From a virus (lineage: Duplodnaviria > Heunggongvirae > Uroviricota > Caudoviricetes): 43,997 bases of DNA. The DNA is taken from the IMG/VR virus record IMGVR_UViG_2778261068_000003, positions 1-43,997 of that record. The stretch is one strand, 5' to 3'. Numbering within the stretch: the stretch's first letter is position 1; each line of letters opens with the position of its first letter. A program made the position numbers and the translations under genes. The notes below the pieces were generated by a model. The model was not told the origin of the DNA, searched no databases, and was given only the letters and a program-made list of their open reading frames with translations. Below are positions 1-8,764 of the stretch, in pieces.

Positions 1-201
1 ATGAATCGTAAAAGAGTGGCTTTGTTGCAAGCCATTGGCTCGGTTATAGCCCTGAGGCCAGCGGTCATTTCAGCAAATGGTATGCCAGCGAATCCAGTTG
101 CCGCTTTGCGTCAGGATGCTGCGGCTATCAGAAGCGATTTCCAAAGAGCAATGATATCCGTTAACGTTGAAAAACTGAACGATGCCAGATCAAAATTCTA
201 A
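1..201 (+). CDS. hypothetical small protein (66 aa); host or prophage-edge cargo
   Basis: Intact ORF with ATG at window position 1, followed by a hairpin plus T-run terminator; no motif recognised. Confidence 0.35.
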   Translation: MNRKRVALLQAIGSVIALRPAVISANGMPANPVAALRQDAAAIRSDFQRAMISVNVEKLNDARSKF

Positions 202-230
202 GCAGGAACCTGATCAAGATTAGTCTCCGA

Positions 231-256
231 ACCCCGGTTGATGCCGGGGTTTTGCA
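231..256 (+). terminator. Rho-independent terminator (possibly bidirectional)
   Basis: CCCCGG-TTGATG-CCGGGG stem-loop followed by TTTTG, between convergent ORFs 1..201 (+) and 261..815 (-). Confidence 0.5.
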
Positions 257-260
257 TTCA

Positions 261-815
261 TTAAAACCGCATCAACCGCTCCACCAGTTGTTCCTTACGG
301 GCAACTATCCAGCCTTGCTGTTCCAGATAAAACTTAAAACGCTCCAGGGTGCACACCATTGCGTCGGCTGGGACTTTTTCTGTGAACTCAATCTGACCGT
401 GGCTATTGAAATGGATCAGCAACGAGCAACCGGCAACTGATGTGGTTTGTGGCGATGCTGGAGGTTGTTTCTTATTGAAATAACAGTCTTCCAGTTTTTC
501 GAACACTTCCCACGCCTGATCGGTTTCCAGCATTTTGGCGTGGCGGGCTGCTCCGCGTTCTGTCCAGAGGATGAGCGAGCGGGTTTTGGGAGATATTTGT
601 GACTCTCTTAAAGATAGTCGCAAATTTTTTAGCTCCTCACCCACAATTTTGAAAAAGTGCTTTCCCTCAACAAAGCGATCCGAGTTGCGTTTGTGATTTT
701 GCTGAATGCGAATTGCTTCTGTACCGTAAAGCTGCGCCAAAAGTTCAGTGGTAATAACAGGGATCTGGTTATGAGTGATCGGGGAGAGAGTTTTAACAGA
801 GATTTGAGTTGTCAT
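261..815 (-). CDS. ORF6N/KilA-N-like DNA-binding domain protein (phage regulatory or antirepressor-like)
   Basis: N-terminal ...IPVITTELLAQLYGTEAIRIQQNHKRNSDRFVEGKHFFKIVGEELKNLR... resembles the ORF6N domain; GAGGG Shine-Dalgarno 6 nt before ATG at 815. Confidence 0.55.
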   Translation of the reverse strand: MTTQISVKTLSPITHNQIPVITTELLAQLYGTEAIRIQQNHKRNSDRFVEGKHFFKIVGEELKNLRLSLRESQISPKTRSLILWTERGAARHAKMLETDQAWEVFEKLEDCYFNKKQPPASPQTTSVAGCSLLIHFNSHGQIEFTEKVPADAMVCTLERFKFYLEQQGWIVARKEQLVERLMRF

Positions 816-1085
816 AATGACGCCCTCTGGTGGTTTCTAAATAACTCACCACCGACGACGCCAATCGTCTGGTGGTGAACTGTGCAGGGTTGGCGTAACC
901 GGGAAACCAACCGGCGCACCTTTCGGTGCCCCCACACAGCCCACCATAATTCAGATGTGCGTGCGCATACGACAATAAAAAACACGCTCGCGGCGTGTGT
1001 CTGTCGCGGTTTCTATCCGGGACGCCAATCCCGACGCCAGATTTTGCTGGCGTGCGCAGACTATAATCCCGGACGGTTATTTTTG

Positions 1086-2204
1086 TCAAATAACCAACTT
1101 AACCCATTCCTGACCACGGGTGTCGTTATAGCGATCGGTGGTTGCCTGGACTTTATGTCCCAGTAATGTTTTTGTATCGATACCCTGTGCCCGGTACAGC
1201 CGTTCTGACAGGGAGCGTTGTTCATGAAATGTTGGTGGTGTTTTTCCTGCTGGTGGAGTTATTCCTGCCAGATCCCGCGCTTTAGCAAAGTAGTCGCTAA
1301 GGTTATCTTTACTCATTGGTTTTGGTTGTTTCTGGTGCCGACTATGAATCAGGTATGGACTCAATATTCTGTCCCTGCATCCATCAATTACTTCCTTTAG
1401 CGATATCCCAATGGCATCACAGCGTAGTGTAAGCGGTAACGCCAGACGCATTCCGGTTTTTCCCTGGGTGATATGCAAGTGTTCGTTCCATACATCTGAA
1501 AAACGCATGTGGCAAATGTCATCGCGGCGCTGACCTGTAACAATCGCAATAAGCATTGCATTGCGGATAAAATGTTTTTCAGGCGTTGCGTTGTAAATTT
1601 TTTGCCAGTCTTCCAGAGTAAGTCTGGCTCTTGTCACTTTAGGGATCGGTTTACGGGTTGCCTCCGGGGGATTCCATCCGGGAGGAACTTCTCCAGCATG
1701 CTGCGCTTCTTTATATATATCAACCCACAATCCACGATTTACTTTTGCTGTACTGACCATGTCTTTATCCAGCCACTCATCCAGTATTAATGCAAAGTCT
1801 CTTACTTCCAGTTCTTTCAATGGGTGGTTTCCCAGACGGGAAACCAGGAATGCAGCCATTCGCGCTTTTTCTTTGTGAGTTGTAGCTGCAATATCTCCAT
1901 TTTTCAGTCGCGCGTCCTGTATTTTCAGATATCGATCAACCCATGCTTTTAATCTGATGCCCCGACGTTTTGTTGCTGACGGACTTTCATCAATTTTGCG
2001 CATGAAATATTCAGCTTCTGCTGCAGCTATTCGCTGATTGGCTGTGGTGGCGATTTTTTCTGCCTTATTTTTGTCTGTTCCGAGTCCGTGAAATTTTCCG
2101 GTTACAGGATTTTTATACTGGTAGTAAACTCTGCCGGTTCTGCGATCAAATTTTTCGTAAAGACCCGCTACATCAGTGCTGTTTTTTCGTGGCCTCGGTG
2201 ACAT
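1086..2204 (-). CDS. int: lambda-family tyrosine integrase
   Basis: 372 aa; N-terminal arm-binding-like region and C-terminal ...LLGHKVQATTDRYNDTRG... catalytic-tyrosine region; overlaps the 3' end of the xis-like gene as in lambdoid phages. Confidence 0.9.
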   Translation of the reverse strand: MSPRPRKNSTDVAGLYEKFDRRTGRVYYQYKNPVTGKFHGLGTDKNKAEKIATTANQRIAAAEAEYFMRKIDESPSATKRRGIRLKAWVDRYLKIQDARLKNGDIAATTHKEKARMAAFLVSRLGNHPLKELEVRDFALILDEWLDKDMVSTAKVNRGLWVDIYKEAQHAGEVPPGWNPPEATRKPIPKVTRARLTLEDWQKIYNATPEKHFIRNAMLIAIVTGQRRDDICHMRFSDVWNEHLHITQGKTGMRLALPLTLRCDAIGISLKEVIDGCRDRILSPYLIHSRHQKQPKPMSKDNLSDYFAKARDLAGITPPAGKTPPTFHEQRSLSERLYRAQGIDTKTLLGHKVQATTDRYNDTRGQEWVKLVI

Positions 2205-2451
2205 GAGTTAAAATCTCCTTTAGCGCGTCATCATCGCCAGTATGAATTTCCGGCGCAATTCCCGTTTCACCAGGTCCAACAAATACAGCCCGGCGATCTA
2301 TCAGCCAACGCCCACGAATTTTTTGTGGTCTTGGAACGATGTATCCCAGTTTTCCGTATTTCACCAGGGTAGTATTCGTTATTGGGAGGCTGAACCGTTT
2401 AGGTTTCCACTCGTCGAGCGTTATCAGGTACTGTTCGCTCATGGCTATCAC
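2173..2451 (-). CDS. xis: excisionase (Xis-like)
   Basis: Small ORF immediately upstream of and overlapping int; ...LITLDEWKPKRF...YIVPRPQKIRGRWLIDRRAV... resembles excisionase DNA-binding proteins; true start may be the Met at 2442. Confidence 0.65.
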   Translation of the reverse strand: MIAMSEQYLITLDEWKPKRFSLPITNTTLVKYGKLGYIVPRPQKIRGRWLIDRRAVFVGPGETGIAPEIHTGDDDALKEILTHVTEATKKQH

Positions 2452-2503
2452 TCCGGAAAGCGCCAGTTACAGAATACCAACCGCAACTGGCGACGGTTGA
2501 ACA

Positions 2504-4963
2504 TTAAAAATCAGCCTGACTCGGGAGCAGTTTTTGCCAGATAGCTGAAACGTATTTTGCCTGGTAACGGGCGTCATCAAGTGCATTGTGGCGCTCGCCT
2601 TCGAATGGAATAGCCGTTCTGGCATCGAAGTCCATGGCTCCTCCCAGTTCAACGATCGTGCGAACATCGCGATCATTGCAGTAGTGCCACGGGCAGGGGA
2701 TTCCCTGTCGTTCGTATGAACGGCGTAAAATTACGTTGTCGAAACTGGTTCCGTTGCTCCAGACCTGAACAAAAAACTCACCAGAGTTTTCGTCGATAAA
2801 TTCCCGTAATTGCAACAGTGCATCATCTAACGGGATTTCATCAGCCAGAATGGCAGACTGCGCTTCGCGCGATTGCTTCAGCCACCACTTAACGGTGTCC
2901 CTGTCAATGACACCGCCAGCAGTATCCAGATCGATGGTCTTACTGAATTCTGGCCCAATATTTCCGGTTTGCGGATCGAAAAATATTGCACCTATTGAGA
3001 TAACTGCAGCATCAGGATTTTTTCCCATGGTTTCCAGGTCGATCATCATATGAGTCCACATTCTGTTACTGGTGGATATGTATTTATGATGACCGTTCGC
3101 CGGAATTAGGGGATTTGCCGTCTCGCCAGTTTCATCACTGCTATTGCCATGCTGAGCGTCACCAGCGCTCTCCTTATGAGAATTCTCAGTGCTTTCCATT
3201 TTCTCCGAATCTTTTTCAGCCAGATTTTCTTCATCGAATGTTTCCTGATATGTTGTGTTACCCATAACAGGCCCGCAGTCCGGACATTTTCCACCGCCAG
3301 CCCGGCTGCAAGTATTGCAGCTTTTTTCAGTCCCCTGTTGTGCTGTTGGCTCTGACTGTTGCACTTCTGGCCCATTTTGTTGCGCATCCGGACTGTTTTG
3401 TTCCGCTTTCTGGTCGTTCTGTTCCGTTTCTTGCTGATTCTGGTACAGAGAATCGCGAGTCTGGATCCCCTCAACCCACTTCGGATCATTCGGGTCGCTA
3501 ATTCCTTCAACAAATTCACCACGTGATGCAGCAAGCACTTTGTCGGCATCAGGCAGATTTTCTGTCTCCATTTTTTTATTTGTTTCGACCGTGTTAACTT
3601 TTACCGGCTCTGGTTGTTCAGAGTTTTGTGCGACACTGGTATTTTGCGGTAAGCCTGTGTATGTGCCATTTTTTCGGGCGACATATTCTTCTTTGGTGAT
3701 TTCAGTAGCCCCGGCAGCCAGCGCCTTATTCAGACCAGACAGTTTGTTTGCGCGACCGTATTTTTCGCCGTCCTTATCGGTAAAGAGGAAGTAGAACGGT
3801 CCTTCACGCTCTACAGATGGTTCAGCTTCCAGTGCGCTTTCATTTTTTTGGGTGCCAGATACTTCTGTTTCCACTGCATCAGTTTGTGTTGCTGACGACC
3901 GGAGAACATCAGCAGGACTCTGATCCGTTTCTTCATCTTCAAACACGCCTTTTGTCGTCAGGTATTCAGTAATGTATTTGTTCAGTGCCACAGGGTCTTT
4001 GTGAATGTCGATCGGACGTTCACGGACAAGGCCAAAAATAGTCTGGCGGCTGTAGCGAAGCGCATCAGGCTGTTTGCGCATTGATGCGGAGATGCGCTTC
4101 CAGTCTTCGCGATCTTTGTCGATAACTTCATTTTTTGCCCAGCGATGGATGCTGCCGTCAATGTTTCCGGCATCAATATCGCCAGGCCAGAGAGCGTAGG
4201 CCAGTTCTTCATCCAGCGTTTTCCATGTCTGCCTGTATTCGCGACGAATGGCGGCAGTGACTGGGTTGATTTTTGCTACTGAGTTTTCAGTGTTCTGCCG
4301 GTTAACTTTGGCGCGGGCGAGATCAACAACAGAAGTATATGCTCCACCTTCTTTGCGCTCCTTTTCCATGCGTTTTTTACGTTCGAGAAAATACGCCTGA
4401 ATGTCGGGCCATTTGGCTGTTGGTTTTAAATCACGTCTGGCATCGTTGATGTACTCAGTCTGACGCTCAGGATACATGGCGTTAATTTCTTTAGTCCTGA
4501 TAATTGCTTCAGTGAGGTGTCCATCAAAAGTCGTCATCTCGTCATCGCCGAGAAGCCCGCTTGCATTGATGACCATATCCACGGTGATGTTTTCATGTGT
4601 ACCGAACCTGACAAGGACAGCAGCCCGCTTGTCTTCAGATAACTGATTAAAGTTAACAGTTTCTGTATCCGGTTCAGGGTCGACCGGAACAAAGGAAGCC
4701 GACTCCTCATTCCAGCGGTTTTCCTGCATATATTCGGAATCCCAGGAATCGAGAGCAGGGCGGGCCATGCCGGGTTTATCCTCGCAGACAAGAAATTTAT
4801 AAGCACAGTCCTGAGCTTCCGGGTATTGTTCCAGAAATAACCAGCTAAATTTGGCTCTTGCCCGGCGTTCGTCGCCTGCTTCAATGGCAGTGGCCACAGG
4901 TCTGGCGCCTTCTGCTGTTGCCTGTTCGTCCGGAATGGCGGCGCAAATAAAGACTTTACTCAT
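2504..4963 (-). CDS. large phage exonuclease-domain protein (C-terminal DnaQ/DEDD-like 3'-5' exonuclease fold)
   Basis: 819 aa; C-terminal MIDLETMG...SNGTSFDNVIL...HNALDDA resembles DEDDh exonuclease motifs; central CxxC...CPDC zinc-ribbon-like motif and a Q/E-rich low-complexity segment; sits at the exo/recombination position. Confidence 0.7.
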   Translation of the reverse strand: MSKVFICAAIPDEQATAEGARPVATAIEAGDERRARAKFSWLFLEQYPEAQDCAYKFLVCEDKPGMARPALDSWDSEYMQENRWNEESASFVPVDPEPDTETVNFNQLSEDKRAAVLVRFGTHENITVDMVINASGLLGDDEMTTFDGHLTEAIIRTKEINAMYPERQTEYINDARRDLKPTAKWPDIQAYFLERKKRMEKERKEGGAYTSVVDLARAKVNRQNTENSVAKINPVTAAIRREYRQTWKTLDEELAYALWPGDIDAGNIDGSIHRWAKNEVIDKDREDWKRISASMRKQPDALRYSRQTIFGLVRERPIDIHKDPVALNKYITEYLTTKGVFEDEETDQSPADVLRSSATQTDAVETEVSGTQKNESALEAEPSVEREGPFYFLFTDKDGEKYGRANKLSGLNKALAAGATEITKEEYVARKNGTYTGLPQNTSVAQNSEQPEPVKVNTVETNKKMETENLPDADKVLAASRGEFVEGISDPNDPKWVEGIQTRDSLYQNQQETEQNDQKAEQNSPDAQQNGPEVQQSEPTAQQGTEKSCNTCSRAGGGKCPDCGPVMGNTTYQETFDEENLAEKDSEKMESTENSHKESAGDAQHGNSSDETGETANPLIPANGHHKYISTSNRMWTHMMIDLETMGKNPDAAVISIGAIFFDPQTGNIGPEFSKTIDLDTAGGVIDRDTVKWWLKQSREAQSAILADEIPLDDALLQLREFIDENSGEFFVQVWSNGTSFDNVILRRSYERQGIPCPWHYCNDRDVRTIVELGGAMDFDARTAIPFEGERHNALDDARYQAKYVSAIWQKLLPSQADF

Positions 4964-5079
4964 TTTGTTTTAACCTCATTACAGATTTAAGGATGAACAA
5001 ATCCCTGCCATTGCTGACATAAATTTATGTTGAATATTTTTATCTGATAAAAATATTGTGTTGATTCAGGCGCTGATAC

Positions 5080-5319
5080 TCACCATGATTCTGCTTTTAC
5101 AGGCAAGCCATCACGACCGAGAAATATTTTGATCATATAATCGCTGATACATTTTTGCTCACCAACACTTCTGATATATAACCTGTGTCTGCATATATCG
5201 TTTGCAGAGGCGATATATGTTTGCCCTTTATGAATAACATAATCGCCGGGGGTGACGCACTGACGTGGTATTTCATCGGTTCCGAAATGGTGTGCGATCA
5301 TAATTATCTCCATTTTCAC
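5080..5319 (-). CDS. hypothetical early-left protein
   Basis: 79-aa ORF on the early-left strand downstream of the exonuclease gene; no motif recognised. Confidence 0.35.
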   Translation of the reverse strand: MKMEIIMIAHHFGTDEIPRQCVTPGDYVIHKGQTYIASANDICRHRLYIRSVGEQKCISDYMIKIFLGRDGLPVKAESW

Positions 5320-5779
5320 AAATGAATTTTGTCGATGCGGTGCCTGGTGCCTCCAGGTGACGTTAACCAGTTAACAATTAACGCCGGATACAGAGAACCC
5401 ACCCATAAGAACCAATACGGAAGTCAACTGGCCTTTTTAACTGTTCCGCGTGCGCTGAGCCGCATTCACCGCATCACAAAATTCACTTTAAAAAGGGCGG
5501 ACATCAGCCAGCAATGAAACTGATGCCGCCAAAAGGTAATCAACATGGGTTGTTGCAGCGGGGTTGTCACTCAGGCGTATGGTCAACCTGACAACCCGGT
5601 GTCCTCAACAGGGGGAAGGAATAACCCCGCCATACGTACCGCCGTGCGCTTTCGCGTTATGCCCTGACTTTTCAGGGATATATCCTTTCAGTAAACTGTC
5701 AGTGCCGGATTCTTATCCGTGTCCGGCGCACGACCACATGTGGCAGCGTGTTGGTCTCCATTTTTAACCCAGAATCTCA

Positions 5780-5977
5780 ATGGAGAATAAAATGTCAGAC
5801 AAGTTAATTAACCCATTTACCTATCCATCTGTTGCAGCTTTGAACTTAACAGTTGAGTTAATTCGGGCTGGCAAAATGTCATCCCCTTCAGAGGCGGCTA
5901 ATTCAGTTATTACAATTTGCAATATATTAAAAGAAGAAAAACAAGCCGCTATGGAGAAGACTGATAAAGAGCAATAA
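5780..5977 (+). CDS. hypothetical small protein (65 aa)
   Basis: ORF with GGAGAA Shine-Dalgarno 5 nt upstream of ATG; opposite in orientation to the surrounding early-left genes; overlaps a possible 53-aa minus-strand ORF. Confidence 0.35.
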   Translation: MENKMSDKLINPFTYPSVAALNLTVELIRAGKMSSPSEAANSVITICNILKEEKQAAMEKTDKEQ

Positions 5978-6248
5978 AGGCTTCTCTGATTTCTTGAGCC
6001 AGTTTTTTAGCTGGCTCTACCTTTTCTGTCTCCCCGTTCAAAATGAGAGATTTCAGTGTTTCTGCGGCGATTTTCTGAGTGTCTGGAGGTAAATCTTTAA
6101 ATTCCATCTTTAACCCCGTTAGTCGATAGATTTTGTCGAACTGGAAAGCGCCTGTTTAAACTCACTGAAGCTGAGAGCTTCTTCGCCTTCGGCAAGGCCT
6201 TCGAAGTATTCTTCGTAAGCCTTTTTCATGATTGCGTCGAAATCCATA

Positions 6249-6404
6249 TCACTCACCTGAATTTCTTTCCAGCCAGCGACGTGCGCCAGTTTCGGTTTTA
6301 AACGTTTTGCTTTTGGTATACGTCATCGCGGTGAATGTGCCGTCCTGGTTGGGAAACACGCCGTATGCCAGAGATTCGTTGTTGCCAAGATCGATAGTAT
6401 CCAT
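6249..6404 (-). CDS. hypothetical small early protein (51 aa from internal Met)
   Basis: Minus-strand ORF immediately downstream of the leftward operator region; GAGG Shine-Dalgarno 6 nt before ATG at 6404; the ORF track extends it to 6497. Confidence 0.35.
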   Translation of the reverse strand: MDTIDLGNNESLAYGVFPNQDGTFTAMTYTKSKTFKTETGARRWLERNSGE

Positions 6405-6486
6405 GCTGACCTCATCTCCCCTTAACGCTGGGGTAGCGGAACTGTTTGCTGAGAACACCGTGCGGTGTCTTGATGAATGATAATTT

Positions 6487-6534
6487 AGTTTTCTCATGTT
6501 AATTGGTCAAGTGTTTTTGATGAGAAAACTCAAT
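6487..6534. promoter_or_regulatory. operator-like inverted repeats (OL-like) downstream of the repressor gene
   Basis: AGTTTTCTCAT ... ATGAGAAAACTCA inverted repeat in an AT-rich intergenic region; the same TGAGAAAACTCA motif recurs at 7053..7066. Confidence 0.5.
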
Positions 6535-6594
6535 ATTTAATGCAAAATAAAGCCAATACATTGAAATGTAAGGCTTTAAAATTTGTGAATGGGG

Positions 6595-7002
6595 TTATTG
6601 ATGTTTGTTACGTTTGCGAGCTTCTAGTAGCTCGGTGAATAGGCGATTAAAATTCTCAACGCGGGCACGGAGTTCGCTGATTTGTGCTTGCTGCTCTGAT
6701 TTTGGAAGTGCGCGATACAATCGCAACATCTCCAACTCATCTTCCGATAAGTCTAAGGCGCTGTTGAGTGCAACTGGTGGATCTGGTGTTTTATCCTCGT
6801 CACCAAACAGTATCCAAGTTGGTGAACATTGCAATACCTCAGCCAGGCGATGCAAATTTTGCCCACGCGGGGCTGTATGGTCGCTTTCCCATAGTGAAAT
6901 TGATGAGCCAGATACGCCAGCAGCTTTGCTTAAATCGTTTTGACTTAAACCAACCTGTTTGCGTCTTTCTCTAATTCGTTGACCTAAAGTTTTCTCGTTC
7001 AT
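6595..7002 (-). CDS. DicA-like HTH (XRE family) prophage repressor
   Basis: ...LGQRIRERRKQVGLSQNDLSKAAGVSGSSISLWE...LQCSPTWILFGDEDK... closely resembles E. coli DicA; start placed at MNEKTL (7002) because the longer ORF start at 7053 would overlap the operator. Confidence 0.85.
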   Translation of the reverse strand: MNEKTLGQRIRERRKQVGLSQNDLSKAAGVSGSSISLWESDHTAPRGQNLHRLAEVLQCSPTWILFGDEDKTPDPPVALNSALDLSEDELEMLRLYRALPKSEQQAQISELRARVENFNRLFTELLEARKRNKHQ

Positions 7003-7024
7003 ATTTAGATATCTTAATAACCCT

Positions 7025-7066
7025 TGACTTGAGATTCCTTGAGTGATTACCATTGAGAAAACTCAA
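7025..7066. promoter_or_regulatory. divergent promoter/operator region (OR-like) between repressor and cro-like genes
   Basis: TTGACT -35-like hexamer and repeated TTGAG half-sites, including TTGAGAAAACTCAA at 7053..7066, just upstream of the GGAGG Shine-Dalgarno of the cro-like gene. Confidence 0.5.
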
Positions 7067-7079
7067 TTTTGGAGGGGCG

Positions 7080-7307
7080 ATGTTTAAATCAGACGTAATT
7101 AATTTTTATGGGACGAAAGCCAAAGTAGCGAAAGCTGCTGGTGTTGATCCATCTGCTGTTTCTCAATGGGGGGCACTGGTTCCTGAAGGTCGCGCGATGC
7201 GCCTGCAAGAGGCATCCGGCGGGGAACTTCAGTACGACCCCAAAGTTTATGACGAGTATCGTAAGGCAAAGCGGGCGGGGCGGTTGAACAATGAAAATCA
7301 CCCCTGA
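7080..7307 (+). CDS. Cro-like/YdaS-like small HTH regulator
   Basis: 75 aa from the ATG at 7080, with GGAGG at 7071..7075; ...FYGTKAKVAKAAGVDPSAVSQW... HTH; divergent from the repressor as in the Rac racR-ydaS arrangement. Confidence 0.7.
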   Translation: MFKSDVINFYGTKAKVAKAAGVDPSAVSQWGALVPEGRAMRLQEASGGELQYDPKVYDEYRKAKRAGRLNNENHP

Positions 7308-7812
7308 ACAGGTTTGTGAGGCTCTGGATGCCTGGGTATGCCGACCAGGAATGACACAGGAGCAGGCGACAATATTAATCACGGAAGCATTCTGGGCTCT
7401 GAAAGAACGCCCGAACATCGCTGTTCAACGTGTCACGTTTGATGATGGCGCGGTTGATCAACGGGCACTGGGCGTTAACCGGGTAAAGATATTCGAACGC
7501 TGGAAAGCTATCGACACCAGGGATAAGCGTGAAAAATTCACGGCGTTGATTCCGGCAATTATGGAGGCTATCCGGATAAGTGATTTCAGGTTGTATCGTG
7601 AAATTACTGACGCAAAAAGCATTACATACATGATCGCCGGGCTAAACAAAGAATATGGCGACGTGGTGGAGTCAGGTCTGCTTTTTGCAGATCCGGCTGT
7701 TGTGGATCGTGAAACCGACGAACTTATAGAAAAAGCCATTGCTTTCAAGCGTGCGTATCGTCAGCAATATCAACAAAAAGCCGGATGGAATTATGAGTCT
7801 TCTGTTTGCTGA
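7291..7812 (+). CDS. CII-like/YdaT-family regulator
   Basis: 173-aa ORF immediately downstream of the cro-like gene, at the position of lambda cII / Rac ydaT; the family assignment is by position and general resemblance only. Confidence 0.5.
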   Translation: MKITPEQVCEALDAWVCRPGMTQEQATILITEAFWALKERPNIAVQRVTFDDGAVDQRALGVNRVKIFERWKAIDTRDKREKFTALIPAIMEAIRISDFRLYREITDAKSITYMIAGLNKEYGDVVESGLLFADPAVVDRETDELIEKAIAFKRAYRQQYQQKAGWNYESSVC

Positions 7813-8758
7813 ACGCCCACTGGTTATTAACACGCATCTGGCGATGAAAATTGGCCTGAATGAAGCCATTGTGCTGCAGCAGCTGCATTACTGGTTGAGA
7901 GATACCAGTTCCGGTATGGAATGTGGCGGGGTTCGCTGGATTTATAACACAACGGAACAATGGCTGGAACAGTTCCCGTTCTGGTCAGAGTCAACGTTAA
8001 AACGCGCGTTTGCAAGTCTGAAAACGCTGGGGCTTTTGCGTTGCGAAAAGCTCAACAAATCAAAGCGTGATATGACTAATTTTTACACGATTAATTACGA
8101 GAGTGAGCTTTTAGATGGTGGCAAAGTGAGCGAATCCATCAGGTCAAAATGCACCGCTCCATCAGGTCAAAATGACACGATGGAAGAGGTCAAAATGGCA
8201 CGCTCCATTGGTTCAAAACGACCCAATGTCATCGGGTCAAAATGGCCCGATGATCTTACAGAGAATACAACAGAGATTACTACAGAGAATAAAAACACTT
8301 CTCGTCCGGAAGCTTCGCAACCAGACATGCAGACGGCTGAACAGGATTTTTTAACCCGACACCCTGACGCGGTTGTATTCAGTGCGAAAAAACGCCAGTG
8401 GGGCAGCCAGGAAGATTTAGCGTGTGCGCAGTGGATCTGGGGACGAATCGTGAGTCTTTACGAGCAGGCTGCCAGCGATGATGGCGAAATCATGCGACCG
8501 AAAGAACCAAACTGGACCGCGTGGGCCAATGACGTGCGCACAATGCGGATGCTGGATGGCAGAAGCCACAGACAAATTTGCGAAATGTTTGGGCGGGTAC
8601 AGCGGGATCCATTCTGGGTAAAAAACATCATGAGCCCGTCAAAGCTCCGCGAAAAATGGGACGAACTGGTCATCCGCCTGGGGCGTTCACCTGTACAGCG
8701 TTGTGTGAATCATATTTCTGAACCGGACACCGAAATTCCATCGGGGTTCAGGGGGTAA
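7793..8758 (+). CDS. phage replication initiation protein (O-like replisome organiser)
   Basis: Start at MSLLFAERPLVINTHLAMKIG (7793); iterons lie inside the gene as in lambda O; followed directly by the DnaC-like loader. Confidence 0.7.
   Translation: MSLLFAERPLVINTHLAMKIGLNEAIVLQQLHYWLRDTSSGMECGGVRWIYNTTEQWLEQFPFWSESTLKRAFASLKTLGLLRCEKLNKSKRDMTNFYTINYESELLDGGKVSESIRSKCTAPSGQNDTMEEVKMARSIGSKRPNVIGSKWPDDLTENTTEITTENKNTSRPEASQPDMQTAEQDFLTRHPDAVVFSAKKRQWGSQEDLACAQWIWGRIVSLYEQAASDDGEIMRPKEPNWTAWANDVRTMRMLDGRSHRQICEMFGRVQRDPFWVKNIMSPSKLREKWDELVIRLGRSPVQRCVNHISEPDTEIPSGFRG
8137..8247. repeat. replication origin iterons (5 direct repeats, ~23 bp spacing)
   Basis: (C)AGGTCAAAATG(G/A)-like repeats starting near 8143, 8165, 8188, 8211 and 8236, inside the O-like gene. 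Confidence 0.6.
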
Positions 8759-8764
8759 CGAGCT

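Noticed and set aside
3106-3549. 147-aa basic minus-strand ORF in another frame, and several plus-strand ORFs (2850..3053, 3149..3437) within the exonuclease gene
   Set aside because: They are nested inside the 819-aa exonuclease-domain gene, which has a coherent domain architecture, and have low-complexity translations.
7003-7053. Longer start for the repressor (152 aa from 7053) and for the O-like gene (from 7739)
   Set aside because: The upstream extensions overlap operator repeats or the preceding gene and add N-terminal residues not seen in DicA or in O-like proteins; internal Met starts fit better.
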